Origin: Eledone cirrhosa
Taxonomy: Eukaryota
Assembly (NCBI GenBank): GCA_964016885.1
Contig: OZ024740.1
Span: forward strand, 149,358,001 to 149,422,000
Length of the DNA stretch: 64,000 nt
Direction: 5' to 3'
Under the pieces are notes generated by a model. That model ran no database searches. It worked only from the letters and a program-made list of their open reading frames with translations, and was not told the DNA's origin. Positions 1 through 15,002 of the stretch are shown here, one piece after another. The translations under genes were made by a program, and so were the position numbers. Positions within the stretch are counted from its first letter, which is position 1, and every line of letters begins with the position of its first letter.

Positions 1-2055
1 CCACCCTGATTTCTGTCTTCAGTTATAACCTGAAAAAAAATAATCAGAGTTTCGCCGAAAAGGAATGTGTTTGTTTTCAACTCTTTCAAAGACATCCAAT
101 ACACTACCTCTTTCACCATGGTCACCAGGCAGATAAAACTGTCTCATTTCTCTCTAAAGGAAGACGACGGGGTGATCTTCACATAAACCCACAAGTCAAC
201 AATACTCGGATAATGGACAAGTGCATGTAGGAAGCTTTCGTCGCCCTACACGCATTTCGAACAGACCCGAATTACGGCACTTCCAAGCCTGTAGAGTGTA
301 TCTCGAACTGGCAATGCTTCCTGGTAGCATTACCAGGCTAGGGATTTCTGCAAGGTGTCCATGGGTCCTGGGCCAAAATCCTCCGGAAAAAGTGGCTAGT
401 TAATTTTCGTCGACGCCCAGTGTCACACCAAGTTGGAGATTCCACGATCGTTCAACCCGATTGGCTGAGGTCTACGAGTACTTGGAAACATTACAGTTTC
501 CAAGCGCCCCCTTTCGGTCTTCGCTTGACCTAGGACCGCAGCAATTTCAAGGACATGGGTGGTGGAAACATGTGCCTAGAAAACAGCGACTTCACCTGTT
601 CACCGTAAAGGTTAAACTGGAGATAAAATAGCCTTAGCACATGGTTGCATATCATCAGACACGGCATGCTCTTCCTCCATGTAGCGGGTGTTGGCAAATG
701 AACCACCTGGCCATCAAAATGTGTCTCTTCCACAAAAAAACGAAACATCTAACGCTACAGTTCTGTTAAACTAAGACGAGGAAAAGTTCCGATGGTCAAT
801 CGGTAATAGGTGACAGAGGCGATGAACGCGTTCGCCACCTCTGTCTGACCTTTCAGAGTTAGCCTCCTCTCGGTCCATTTCTGAGTGAGGATGTCCACCC
901 TTGTTAATATCTCGTCTCAAGTTTTGTCTACTTGGAAGTCTGGACCACACTAGACCCCGACCAATTTAAACAGACCGTCTGTCCAATGTCGGCGACGCTG
1001 TTGGACGGCATGGTTTTGCCTCTCCAGTTACCGAGCGGCAGAGTTAGCGACTTTATTTAGTTAATTTTTGCCCCTGTTATCACTTCGTTTTCCCCAAGAG
1101 CGGTGCCATCTACTGAATGTGTTTGCTATTCGACACAACACCGGGCATGTCATCGGCATATGCTAACGCGGATCTTCCACTGTAGTGTTTCAAAAATCAA
1201 CAGAGACGAGAGTGTACAAAGTTGGCTGATCGAGCGCATGATGTTGAACTGTTTCTAGAGGTGGCCGTTCACTCTGAACACAGTGCAGATGTCGCTGTGC
1301 ATTGCAGCGATCCATCCTCTGGAAACAGACTCGAAGTTGACTGTCTTGATGCCAGCTACCACGTATCAATGGTCGGCCCTATCGAAAGTTTCCGATTGAT
1401 CTACGTTGATCAGTGCCTCAACTGTGCCAGGTTCCTTTGGTACCTTCTATATGATGTAGCCCATAAGGTAGGGGTTACCGTCGATCTGTCTGTTTCTCTC
1501 TGGAATGGCACCGCCGCCAACAAACCCCAACCTCGTCACTAGCACACTGGTCAAACTTTTATACTCTGCGTTTAGCAGAATTATAGGCCTGAAATTATCT
1601 ATAATGTTATTTTTCGTTTGTTTGTTTCCTTTCTCAGCAGCTGAAATCCATCCCTCGATCCAACCCGCCATTGCTCCCGAACATTTGAGCGGCCACCTCT
1701 AGAAACAGTTCAACATCATGCGCTCGATCAGCCAACTTTGTACACTCTCATCTCTGTTGATTTTTGAAACACTACAGTGGAAGATCCGCGTTAGCATTGT
1801 CGCTGAAAAACTGCACACATCCGCTTGGGATCGTGTACCATGCACCCGTGCCCGGCTAAATACCGGATTGTGGGTTTGTTTCAACGCTATGCGTCCGCCA
1901 CTCGAGCTCATCAAATGACTGCGTCTCCTCGTGTCTAAGAGCGCGCGCTCTAGCTCCGACAACGCAGCCTTTGTGTTTTGCGTTGAAGAATTGGCCGAGA
2001 GACAAACTCGCCGCGATCACGTCGGCTGCGATACCTTTCTTAGAGACCAATGCCA
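1..2055 (-). mobile_element. Degenerate L1/Tx1-clade LINE ORF2 remnant with internal inverted duplication
   Basis: Minus-strand RT fragments NFRPIILLNAEYK (about 1560-1595) and LAYADD (about 1148-1165), with many stops. A ~110-bp inverted duplication lies at 1161-1270 / 1685-1796. Confidence 0.65.
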
Positions 2056-3483
2056 TCAATTTGAAGGGAAGAGGAAAAATCGATTAAATCGATACCAGTC
2101 CTTTACTAGTATTTCATTTTATCAATACCGATAGGATGGAAAGAAAAACTAACTATGGCAGCATTTGAACTGAGAATGTAAGTATCGACCAAGTCAACTT
2201 AGCTTTTATCCTTCCGGGGTTTTTTTCATTTTGTTTTCTTTTTAATAATGATATCAATGTGCTGGAACATGAATTAGGTTGTTTTTAATAACAGAAATTT
2301 AATTCTTACTATTCAACTAATGTGTTCTTTATCAACGCGCTGTTTTATTAGAAATTAGAAAGTTTTATAAATATCATTTAAAAAGTGATGGGAAGGCGCA
2401 AGAATGAAATTAGACACTTAACGCAATTGCAACTTAAAGGAGGCTGCTAAAGAATGAATCACGGAATATTGTTTTGTTTTGTTTTTTAAATATCGTAGCA
2501 GCAGTAAAAATACTTCGAAGATAAGACTAATTGAAATTAAACTGATTTCATGCAAAAAAAAAAAAAAAATGTTTTTGGAGAGTATCCGATTGTAACTATA
2601 AATACCACTAGAGTATTTATATGGAAATAAAGAAATTTAAGATGTAGTATATTTTTCTTTGTTGTTTCTTTTCCTATCAAATCCTTTTGATAATTGAATT
2701 ATTTCGCTAATTTAAATCAATAAAGACCTTATTATAACATTATTATTAATAGTTAGAAAACTAATTCATTACGTGGGGAAGTTGATGGCAAACATCAGAC
2801 TGACATGAATATGTATGCAGAAAGCGTGTTCTTATATTTATCCTCCCACAGGAAAAAAAAAACTACCACGCAAACACACATACACACAATGACAAACTTA
2901 TAATCACAGACACCTGCGCATATATGAACATGCGCACGAACCATAAAATTACACCTAAACACCTCCGACATAGCAACACCAATAACAATTGTCAGCACTT
3001 CCACCTCAATATGGACGTCACAACACCGACGCTGCTAAATATAAGCTGAATATGTTTATCTTAGCTTTAATGCAAGCAAAGGAACGGACACTGGCACATT
3101 CGAAAATCGGAAGCTGTTAAGTTAGCTGTGCACCACGTAAGGTATTGTAAAACTTTTTTTACACATTATAGAAAGAATCAAGCTGACTTTTACTTTCACT
3201 ATCAAATATTTCACTGCTTTTCTTATAATTTAATTTTCTGTTGTTTTGTTTTTTTTCGTTATTTCTTTCTTTAATTATAACTTAGTATAATTGATGAATA
3301 AATTACTTAAAGAAATCTGTGACGACGTTTAGGTAATATACTATGTGCAAATTTGCAACTCCATAAAATGCAAAGTCGCCACTAATACACACACTAGAAA
3401 GTGCATGCGTATATACATACATACACAGACACAGGCGCATACTGACACGCACATATACATACACACACACAAACCTCTCTCTC

Positions 3484-3555
<72 letters not shown>

Positions 3556-3975
3556 ATATATAATATATATAAACTATATATAATATATATATATGTGTAT
3601 GTATATATATTTATATACATATCTATATGCATATGTCAAAGGCGGTGCCCCAGCATGGCCTCAGTCGGATGGCTGGAACAGGTAAAAGAGTAAAAGAGTA
3701 ATTATATACAAATATATATTCATAATATATGTATGTTAGTGTGTGCGTGTGTGTGTGTGTACATATACGTGTATACAAATAATTTATATATAAACATTAT
3801 ATATACATATATATATGTATATATATATATATATATATACATACATAAAAAACATATATATGTATATATGTAGGCATATATATATATGTGTGTGTGTGTG
3901 TGATTGTGCGTGTCTACCTACATTACTCTTCATTCGAGGACTCATACTTTCATAATATGTAAACACATTCAAGTG

Positions 3976-4034
<59 letters not shown>

Positions 4035-4159
4035 GTATGGGGCTGAGTGCTGAAAGAAAAAAGTACTCAATACCAAAGTAGTTATACATATCTTGTGATA
4101 AACAGGCGAAAGTAACAAGACTCACTATTTAGTCATAATAAGATAAATATATATATGTG

Positions 4160-4344
<185 letters not shown>

Positions 4345-4348
4345 ATAA

Positions 4349-4434
<86 letters not shown>

Positions 4435-4642
4435 TTGTTATACTTGGGGAGGGTCATATTTGTGTAATATTGCCAGAATTAATAACAGAACACACTCACT
4501 GTTTGGTTGGTTTTCGCTTTTCGTTTCTCTGTCTTTTATATCGGTAATCTAATTTATTCGGTCCTCAATGTTGCCATTGACTGACCGACGGTCAAAAATA
4601 ATACAGATACAATATAGACACAAACATATATATATATAGTTT

Positions 4643-4686
4643 ATCAAAGTTCTTTCGTTGCACATCTGCAACATCGTCAGTGGTGC
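4643..4686 (-). ncRNA. Type I hammerhead ribozyme motif (weak stem I) in a PLE-type repeat
   Basis: acca-CUGACGA-u-GUUGCA(gaug)UGCAAC-GAAA-GAAC-UU/ugau. The flanking sequence resembles the 22761-23306 palindrome family. Confidence 0.55.
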
Positions 4687-4802
4687 TATTGTTTCCTCCC
4701 GTTACATTGTATGTCTACCTATATATCTATATATATAAAGAAACATATCTATCTATCTATATATATATATATATATAGATAGATAGATAGATAGATAGAT
4801 AC

Positions 4803-4857
<55 letters not shown>

Positions 4858-5017
4858 TGTATGTATGTATATATATATAGATACATATATATACATATAC
4901 GTATATATATTTATATATACATATATATATATCAGAAATTGCGTGTTAGTTTATATGTATATATAATGAACATATGCTTTTACGTTTACAATAATATAAA
5001 TATATATATGTGTGTGT

Positions 5018-5114
<97 letters not shown>

Positions 5115-5116
<2 letters not shown>

Positions 5117-5495
5117 CGATGGTAGCTAAGATGCTTCAATAGGCGGTATGCCGGTTGAGCACTCTATGCTCTTACAGAGCAGATTATGATAGAATGGATT
5201 GGCAGTATCGCTAGAGAGTCGGACGCCATGCTTTCCTGCATAGTTACGTCCCTTTACGGTCTGAGTTCAAATACCGTCGAGGTTAACTTTGCCTTTCATC
5301 CTTACGGGGTCGATAAAATAAAGTACCAGTAATGTACTGGGTAATTGCTGGCCTTGTGCCAAAAGTAGAAACAATTATGATAGAATAGAAAACAAAAAAT
5401 TGATTTTTCGTTTTCTATTCTATCATACTCTGCTCTCTAAGAGCATAGAGTGCTCAACCGGCATACCGCCTATGAAGCATCTTAGCTACCATCAG
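5115..5495. repeat. ~75-bp inverted repeat pair enclosing a SINE copy
   Basis: 5115-5190 is the reverse complement of about 5420-5495. A related sequence occurs at about 31970-32045. Confidence 0.7.
5195..5378 (+). mobile_element. tRNA-derived SINE (Meta/MESC-like core)
   Basis: A-box-like TGGCAGTATCG, B-box GAGTTCAAAT and core GCCTTTCATCCTTACGGGGTCGATAAAATAAAGTACCAG. More than 12 copies occur in the window. Confidence 0.85.
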
Positions 5496-5609
<114 letters not shown>

Positions 5610-5787
5610 TAGCGAGAATCGTATTTCGGCTATTGGAAATTAGCGAAAAACAACTTCCGAGATGTGTGGCAAGCGCTCCATAGAAGCTAGTGAACTAGAA
5701 CAACATAAGTTAGAAGGCCAAACACACTGATACGATGGTTAAACCATTATCCGCACAGCCATAGAAACGACCAAGTAATTCGGGTCA

Positions 5788-5936
<149 letters not shown>

Positions 5937-5968
5937 AGATCAAAAGATGGTTAAAGGAGTTCCATATA

Positions 5969-6035
5969 TTTTATTATGCGCATTTCAAAAACAAACATCA
6001 TCAAGCAATAATATTTGTGTTTTCATCAGATAAAA
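5969..6035 (-). ncRNA. Type I hammerhead ribozyme
   Basis: Stem I uuuuau/auaaaa, CUGAUGA, long AU-rich stem II, GAAA, palindromic stem III A-UGCGCA-U, cleavage triplet AUA. Confidence 0.7.
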
Positions 6036-6147
6036 CAGGAGAACATGATATGAAGGCTAAAAAGCACTTGTTGATAGTGCAGTTTTAAATCAACATTATC
6101 CGATATCTGCATTGCTTTATTGTACTACAATAAAACTCACCTCCTAC

Positions 6148-6211
<64 letters not shown>

Positions 6212-6934
6212 TATATACAGAGAGAGGGGGAGAGAGAATGAGAGAGGGATAGAGAGAAAGTGAGAGCGGGGAAGAGAGAGATTCCTGTATACGCATATCT
6301 TGATATGTGACACTTAAAAGTTTTACAAGTTGGTTTCAGTTGGCGTGTGAATTGTTTATTGATTTCTAAATTATGCGCAAGACAATACGCTGACGAGTTT
6401 ATCATAATTTTATTCGTGTTAAGTAACACTGCCTCATGGATGGGACGTTAGTCCATTGCAGTTTTTCTCCCCCGTTGTTGCTGTACTTATATATAGCTGA
6501 GTCGATTAGAGCAACGTTAAATGAAATGTCTAACTGAAGAACATGAAGCGTTGTCTAGTCTGGGATTCGAAACTATAAAGTAAGTGTATTGTGTGTCCAA
6601 CACCCTAACCACCACTGAATGCCGTGCATAACCTGACGAAAGTAAAATGATAACAGGCAAAATTGACATCAACAGGAGTTGAACTAAATACGGCAAGTTA
6701 AATTGTACATCATTTTAATTATTTTACCAATACAAAAAAAAAAACAATATGATTATTACGAGATAAATTTGAAGTTCTACAGATAGTAATTCACAGGAAT
6801 TTAGAGATTTTGCATTCATCTATAACTTCAGGCTTGCTTGTGTTTACTCGTAAATGTATATATACATATATATGTGTGTGTGTGTGAGCGTGTGTGCGCG
6901 CGTATGTCTGTGTGTATGCATATACAGATATATG

Positions 6935-7105
6935 TGTTTCTACTTTTGGCACAAGGCCAGCAATTAACCAGTGTATTACTGGTACTTAATTTTATTGACC
7001 CCATAAGGATGAAAGGCAAAGTTAACCTCGGCGGGATTTGAACTCAGAATGGCAAGGGCCGTAACTCTATGCGTCCGACCCTCTACCGATACTGCCAATC
7101 CACCT
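6935..7105 (-). mobile_element. tRNA-derived SINE copy
   Basis: Reverse complement of the SINE family consensus. Confidence 0.85.
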
Positions 7106-7379
7106 ATACAGATATATAATATTATTAAGAAAGAGGACGCGATACATGGGTAGAATATGCATTTTATTAGAAATATAGAACGCAAAGTCTCATATATTTA
7201 TATGCATACTACCTACATACATATATATATGTGTGTGTTTGTGTGAGTTAATCATGAATAATCATGAGACTCTTCTTAACGCATCTCCTCAGTGAACCAG
7301 GTATAAATACCGATGTCTACTTCAATACAAGGTCTGAAATTTTGATATGTCCGAATCAGATGGTTTTTTTGTGGACATT

Positions 7380-8010
7380 GCGCTAGTTATGTCAAACTTC
7401 AGATATTTTATAGTGTTATATGTTCATAGTGTTATATGTTCATTGATTTTCTCTCGACTGTGGCAAAGTCTGGGGACTAGGAGGCTACATGTTTGGAGTG
7501 ATGTGATCGTGGAGATTGAAATTCATCCATTCTTGGGTCGTCTTAGAATTATGAAATGACACTGAGTCTTGTCCGTAAGGTGAACGGTCTTCTTTTACTT
7601 GTGCGCTCTATCTAAAAGCTTCCAACCCTCTCCGACACCTTATAATCAGCAGTATTGATCCTTAACACCCGAGGAAAAAATGGGAGACATGAGATATCCC
7701 TCATTTCTCACGACTCCCAGAAACATCACATTTGCCGGAAACCTTGTGTGCATGACTATTGGAACGTTGTTAGCATATCTGCATAAACATAGCTTCGGTT
7801 GACATTTTGGTCCTGATCAATGTTTTACTCGTGAGAGAAAAACCAAAATATTCCAGGCTCTTGATGTCCCAACGTAATCAACAAGTGCATTGTGCGGATC
7901 GGGTGTTTTCTCTTTGTAGACATGAATTGCCTTCTCTGCATCACATATGACTTGTAAGGAAGGTGTTCATGCACAATTCCTCCAATAGTTTGCCTTGAAA
8001 ACTTCACTTA
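7380..8010 (-). mobile_element. Degenerate Tc1/mariner-superfamily transposase remnant
   Basis: Minus-strand VMFLGVVRNEG, QDS..HNSKTTQEWM and a PPSP-like motif, with frameshifts. Confidence 0.6.
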
Positions 8011-8048
8011 AAGCTATTAAATAACATGTACTCAAAGGACTGAGCAAT

Positions 8049-8103
<55 letters not shown>

Positions 8104-8299
8104 CAAAAGGATAATCAAACAAACGCAGGAGTCATAATTGTGTTAGGTTCACTCTTGGGGAGATGGAACTAGTGGTTGAAACGGCAATAGCTCAACCGTT
8201 GGGTCCCTACTCTTTATAATATAACAACACACTACTACACCAAGTAGCGAGTACTCTGTTGAGTAATCGTGTAACCAGATTCAAATTGTTTCTATCTTC

Positions 8300-8396
<97 letters not shown>

Positions 8397-8546
8397 CACG
8401 GGTGTGTATGATTGTGTATAGAAGATTATATTAATAAAAGGAATTCCAACTTTGTCTGATTTACTCGTTTTATTTACATTCCTTTAAAATTTATAAGGGT
8501 ATTAGAATGAAATAGTATGATAGAATATTAAATGTTAAGTGTTAAT

Positions 8547-8585
8547 TGAACAAGTACTTTCATGCTTTCGCAATCTTCAGGTTCA
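8547..8585 (-). ncRNA. Minimal type I hammerhead ribozyme
   Basis: ugaac-CUGAAGA-uUGC(gaaa)GCAu-GAAA-GUAC-U-U/guuca, with a 5-bp stem I and palindromic stem III. Confidence 0.7.
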
Positions 8586-8639
8586 TATTCTATGGTGACA
8601 GTCAAGTTTGCAATTTTCAACTGTTGAAGTGATTGGATC

Positions 8640-9712
8640 CCATGGGTAAAGAAGCTTTCGTCCTGTTATTCAAACCACACATCAACAGCAGATATGACAT
8701 CATCATCTCTGTAATACCGGTTTCCAGCAAAGTGTTCTTTTCATATTAAGGAACAGATGATATTCATATGGGGCCAAATCAGTTTAAAGCCCCAGTCGCT
8801 CACATCAGCCATTGAAACCAAGTTGCAGCATTGTCCTGATAGAACAAGACCCCTTTCTACAGTTTTTCTGGGCATTTGGTCTTGATAGCCTTTCGTAAAT
8901 GCCTCAACAAGTTGGCATAGTACTCCCCTTGATGACGTGGCCACTTTGAAGATAGTCAATAAATACAATATTTTTTGCATCCCAAAAATCTGAAGCCATC
9001 ATCTTCCCTGCAGATGAAACAACATGCATTTTCTTTGGATCAGGTGAGGAAGCGTGTTTCCACTGCATATATTGTCTCAAACATTCATCCTGGGTGAGGA
9101 AACGTTCAGGGAAATCAGCTGGATCTGATTCAAATAATGTCAGACTTTCCAGTTATGTGATCAGCCTGCTACGCTTTTGATCAGATGTCAGAAGACATGG
9201 CAGCCACAAAACAGAAACTTTCATCATGCCAAGTTCATTGTGCAGAATATTCCTCTCTCACATGATATGCTAATAGCATTGGCTATGTGATTTATAGTCG
9301 TCCATTACTAAGTCATGAATAAGATCAACGTTTTCCTCGGGACGTCCTGACTTGGGTCTTTTTCAAGACTCTCCCATCCCTTCTTAAATTCAGCTGTCCA
9401 ATTTATTTTACACTGTTGATAAAGCTGGAGCGTCATCTCCTAATGTAGCAACCATGTCAGCATGAATGTCCTTAGAGGCAAAACCCTTTTTCTACAAGTA
9501 CTTGATAATACCAGGATGCCAAATTCTGTGCATTTTCAAGAGAAGTCGCTTCTAGTTACTTTTAAAGTCTTTTATGAACAGTCAGATGTCAGTTTACCCG
9601 GAACTATCACTGCCGTTATTAATAAGCAGAGTTAATAATGCATGCACAATTTCACATCTTTAGCATCACTTGTTCATAGTCCCTCTATGAACCTCTCATC
9701 CCACTCTCGTTT
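8640..9712 (-). mobile_element. Degenerate mariner transposon
   Basis: Minus-strand WLPCLLT (WVPRLLT-like), RFLTQDE, QWKH..SP.PKK and SAGKMMASDFWDAK. A mariner-like terminus lies near 9685-9712. Confidence 0.75.
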
Positions 9713-10879
9713 ATATAGTCGTTGTATGTACTGAATGCATCAATTAAGGAGGTACAGTTGTATATTAAAAACTACTTTTTGCAAAGAATATTTCTGTTTC
9801 TTTGAATTAAAGATACGGATGAGTGTCTCTTCCCACTGTATCTTTTATTAAGTGAAAAAGAACTAGTCCCATGAGAGTCATGTTTCAATAAATTCATATA
9901 TAGACACAGGTTTGACTATATGATTAAGCAGTTCGGTTTCCAACTTGATCACGGGTGGAGGCCCACTATGCAGCCTCGGCTTGACCAATGCTTTGTGAGA
10001 GGAATTTTGTAGACGGAATCCGCACAAGCCTGTCATATTTTTGTTTATTTGTGTGTGTGTGTGTGTGTGCGCGCGCGCGTATGTGTGTGTGTGTGTGTGT
10101 GTGTGCGTGTGTGTGTCTGTGTGTCCCTAGTTCAATCGGGGGTAATCACAGTAAGTAAGGTACTCAATGCATAGTAGAGTATATAATGTTTAATATAGAA
10201 ATGGCTTCTACAGGGCTAGAAATGTTTAATTTGAAGGAAATCATATATATATGTGTGTATCAGCGTGTGTGGCTGTTGACTAGCTAAGGAGAAAGAACAC
10301 CTCATGAGTTAAGGTGGCAAGAACAAAACACCTGTCAGCAGCAATTACATTGCGCAACAGCCATTTTAGCTGGTAGGAAGAAGAGATTTCCCATACCATT
10401 TCTTATAAATCCAAATTTAAAATACTTGTCAAACTGTCTCTTTTTCTCTCTACTTTTTTCTCTCGTCGTTTCGTATATATTCTACGAATTCATGTCAAGG
10501 GACATTTTTCTGAATCTATCGTCGCATATTGTCTTGTAAGGTTTTTGTACGAACATATACTTCTCTTTATCATTGTCAGATTTAATCCTACATGTGTACA
10601 CATTTAGGAAGCTAGTTTTTACTTATTAGCCAATATTTCAGAACTTTTAAAACAAAATATCTCTATTTCAAGTCATATCCTTAGGTCGGCTCGATCAGGG
10701 AACGGAGCTAAACAATAACAACGCCTCAAGTTGCTGAAGTTTCATAGCCTTTCAGAATTGATGAGTAGCAGTAATTTTTATGAGGTTCCACTTTGAAATA
10801 TTATAGATGTCTTTCTCTATTTTGGATCATAGCAAAAGCAATAGACATATTTAGTATGATTAAATGTTTTGTTGAAGTT

Positions 10880-11265
10880 ATGTGCACGAGGTGCATCTGG
10901 GAGCGGTGACTAATCTCTCGGATGGTGAGGTCACAAGAGCGGTCAAAGAGTTCAAATGTGGCAAGGGCACTGGCGAAGATAAAATCTGGCCCGAGATATT
11001 AAAAGCCTTAAATAGAGAAGATATTCTCTGGCTGGCTCGTGTGTGCTGGGTGGCCTGGATCTCTGGAAAGGCACCTAAGCCATGGCAACCCGGATTGATA
11101 ATCCTAATTTTCAAAACAGGAGACAAGAGAGCTTTTTCAAATTAAAGAGAGAACTCATTGTTAAACCTCCCTGGTAAAGTCTATGCTAAGTGTCTGGCAA
11201 AGAGATGCAGGGGGATTGTCGAGTCCAAGCTAGCTGAACAGTGTGGTTTTCGCCCCGGACGTAAT
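10880..11265 (+). mobile_element. Non-LTR RT fragment (RTE-like)
   Basis: GKGTGEDKIWPEILKA...WQPGLIILIFKTGDK, then L.LPGKVYAK...EQCGFRPGR after a stop. Confidence 0.7.
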
Positions 11266-11269
11266 GTCT

Positions 11270-12357
11270 GTCAGTCTGTGTGTCTGTGTGTCTGTCTGTC
11301 TTTGTAAATCCCTAAAGCTCGAGAAGTACCCGACCAATCTTTTTCAAACTTTAAACACGCGTTACTTATATTTCCTGAAGTGCAATGAACTAAAACAATT
11401 TTAACTTTTTCTGCCCTAGAAATCCCACATTTTTTGAGGCGTAACTTAAAGATAATCCAGCCGATTTCCTCGAAATTTACAGCACACATTAGTTAGCATC
11501 GCTATGGACAAAGAATATTTCCGATTCCATTAATGGTTTCTAGGAAATTTACGAATTAGCATTGGGCATTACATGCCATTTTCATTTTCAATATAAACGC
11601 TACTTAAACATCGTAAGTAGCGTATAATATTCGTTAAAAATTGGGTTTATTTAACAGAGGACACAACACTTTCTTACTTTTAAACGGGACCCTTTTCGGG
11701 GGATTGACGCTTCGTGCTTTCATCACAAGCAAATCCGGGCCCTGCATACGTAGCCGTGTTATTGACACCGTAAAACTCACGGCTGTGCTACTTCTACTAG
11801 ACCCCTTTTATTGCACCTACACCGCAGTATGAACGCCCTGCGCAAGTACGCCGAACAGCGGTTGTGCTAATTCCGCGGTGACCCCTTTTGTCACATCTTT
11901 GTTGCTGCGTAAACGCAGTACAACCAGTATCGTCCAGTGTTTGTGCTAATTGTACTATGATCCCCTTCTCCTGTAGCTGCGTTGCTTCGCTGATTTCGTC
12001 ATCTCAAAATCCCTACTTAAACATACATCCCTACTTGGTTTTCACACAATTGACTACGTCGCTCCTTCAGACTGACCTGTGTTCCCCTTCCGAGACGTAA
12101 TTCGTGAACAGACTTATGACATACATCGTCCCACAACACTTACTTACTCCTTTCGCATACAGGATTTCAGCAATCAGCCCACTGACACTGCGACTACTGT
12201 ATCCGGTCTGCTGGTGTTCTACGTTTCCAGTAGATGAACAATCATTCCCTGAGAATAAGGGAATTCAAAAAGTACACAGCTACATTCCTCAATCTTTGCA
12301 TATGCGTGTTGCTATTTCACGTTTCCTACCCCGTGCAACGCCGGGTCCTGCTGCTAG
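11270..12357 (+). mobile_element. Non-autonomous Helitron-like element
   Basis: (TCTG)n-like 5' part. The 3' end has a subterminal hairpin (cccgtgcaacgccggg) followed by CTAG|T at 12354-12358. Confidence 0.5.
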
Positions 12358-12410
<53 letters not shown>

Positions 12411-13155
12411 GGATTTAAGCCGTAGTTATCATAATTTTAGCCTTATCATTTATATCAGATGAACAAATATTAGTATCTGCTATTGTTATCAGTTAACATA
12501 GTTTGTTGATACGCACAGTACCTAATGTTACATCCTCACCCATCTTAATTTTTTCCAAACCCTGTACCTTCCTCTTTCTCCGAAATTTGGTCTTTCCTGA
12601 TGATAGACTAATATATGAAAGGATTTTAAATTCAACAATCTAAGGTTATGAAATACTCGTAGGATGGATAGTATCCTAATTACTTATTCTAATAACAAAT
12701 ACCTTATGATACACAGTGAATTAGACGAAACCAGTGAATTAAATGCATTGACTCTAAACAGAGAGAAACCTAGGTTACAGATTTCAAATTACCAGCTATT
12801 TGGTTCATTAACTTTCATTACTAAAATTGAATATATTTTCTTCAAATATTTGAAGGAATCTACAAATATTTAGCAAGTTATATGCAAATTAAATTGACCT
12901 AAGTTCTTGCCTGTTTATTATTCTATCAATTCTGAAGGACATGAAGCGAAGTCTAGCTGGCGAAATTTCTACTCAGAACGAAATAGATCCGGCCCCAACC
13001 CTTTTGGCAGGAATCCTGAAAAATATTGCTAACAAATTAACATTTTTCTCTCTTTCATTTATAAAAAAAAAAAAAAAAACTATATTCCATTACTTAGTTG
13101 AAATGAAACTTATTCATCACAATATATCGTAGGCTGAAATAATTGATATCGAATA

Positions 13156-13342
13156 ATTGTTTCTACTTTTTGGCACAAGGCCAGCAATAACCCAGCGCAT
13201 TACTGGTACTTTATTTTATCGACCCCGTAAGGATGAAAGGCAAAGTTAACCTCGGCGGGATTTGAACTCAGAATGGCAAAGGCCGTACTCTATGCGTCAA
13301 AGCATCGCGTCAACCCTCTACCGATACTGCCAATCCACCGCC
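13156..13342 (-). mobile_element. tRNA-derived SINE copy
   Basis: Near full-length match to the family consensus. Confidence 0.85.
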
Positions 13343-14604
13343 AATTGATGTCGAATAATATTTGTTAATATCATTTCATTTGAGATTATGTAAATATATG
13401 CAGATATCATGTTCAATTATAAAGTTATTCATTTTCTTAATTTTCTTCATTTTATCACAGCAAGTAAACTATAAACGAAGCATAGTTATCACTTAACACC
13501 TCAACGTATAGATTACCTTTCTAGATCCACCATGATGATATAATTTACCATATCTTTCTTTCATAAATTAATATTTCGAATATATTGTACTAAATTTGAC
13601 AACAATTATGCAGAGATTTTTATTTGGCTACTCAGGTTTTAACATAACTATATTGATAAATATTTCCATGAATTTGTAATAGAATAATGCATTTTTATAT
13701 ATCCCGTATCATATATTCAGTGTATGTAATTGTATAAAGATATATGCTATCACATTGGATTTTGTGTTAAGTAATTATACATTAATTAGTTTCTTTTGAA
13801 TAATAACGTATTTTAAGATAGTTTAATGTGAGTATTACGTCATTATATTGAAGGTGGTGAAATGGGAGAATGGCTAGAACACTGGATAGAATATGCTGCG
13901 GTTCCCTCCGCTTTGTATTCAAATCTCACTGGGATAAACGCAAACGTTTTAAGGTCGATTCACTTTTCCATGCCATCTGGATTGTAGTTGTAAGCCGAGT
14001 TTTGTCATTAAAAACTAGTTAAAGTCTGTCTCAAGCCTAGTGGTGCTTTTCTCGGTTTCATTGGCGTTAAACGACTGAAGGTATGTAACGTTTCTCTAGA
14101 CAGGAGACCATACTCTCATTAAGGCATCCGAGAAGAGGAGCATCATTTTATTCAAATCAAATATATTTGTCATTTCAAAAATTCTTGTTAGTGCTACAAA
14201 ACTACTTATGTACCAATCAAAAACTAAAGTAAATGTAATCGACTAAACCCATTTTCCAAACAGAGACCTTTGTTCATATGTTAGGAATCAAGAGGATGAG
14301 TAAAACAGTAAAAATGATAAAGAAAATCTTAATTATTACTATTTGGTTATCCTCATTAGAATAAAAGACGCAATTGTTTGACATTTCGGTGGTCAGCTTT
14401 ATTCCTGTCAATGGAACAGACCTTTATAGCAATAACACTACTAGCTGGTATGTATTTTATCGGCTCTGGGATGATAAAGGTCAGTGTCGACTGTGGGAAG
14501 ATTTGAAAGCACAAAACGTAAAAAACCCGTAGCAAGATTTGTTTTCCGACGTCAGAAGACAATCAACCACTTTTACGACAGTAACAAAAATTATATATAT
14601 ATGA

Positions 14605-14682
<78 letters not shown>

Positions 14683-14721
14683 AAGTGTGGACGTTAGAAA
14701 ATGTTCTATATAGATCACATT

Positions 14722-14905
14722 GTGGATTGGCAGTATTGGGAGAGGGTCGGACGCCATGCTTTGACGTATAGAGTTACGGCCCTTGCCATTCTTAGTTCAA
14801 ATCTCGCCGAGGTTAACTTTGCTTTTCATCCTTACGGGGTCGATAAAATAAAGTACCAGTAATGCACTGGGTAATTGCTGGCCTTGTGCCTAACGTAGAA
14901 ACAGT
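14722..14905 (+). mobile_element. tRNA-derived SINE copy
   Basis: Family consensus. Confidence 0.85.
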
Positions 14906-14955
14906 TATATAAAGAAAAAGATAATTTAAAAAATACGGTTCGAAAAGCGCACCTG

Positions 14956-15002
<47 letters not shown>

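Noticed and set aside
5195-5290. tRNA gene from A/B-box-like motifs
   Set aside because: No cloverleaf can be formed; this is the head of a multi-copy SINE.
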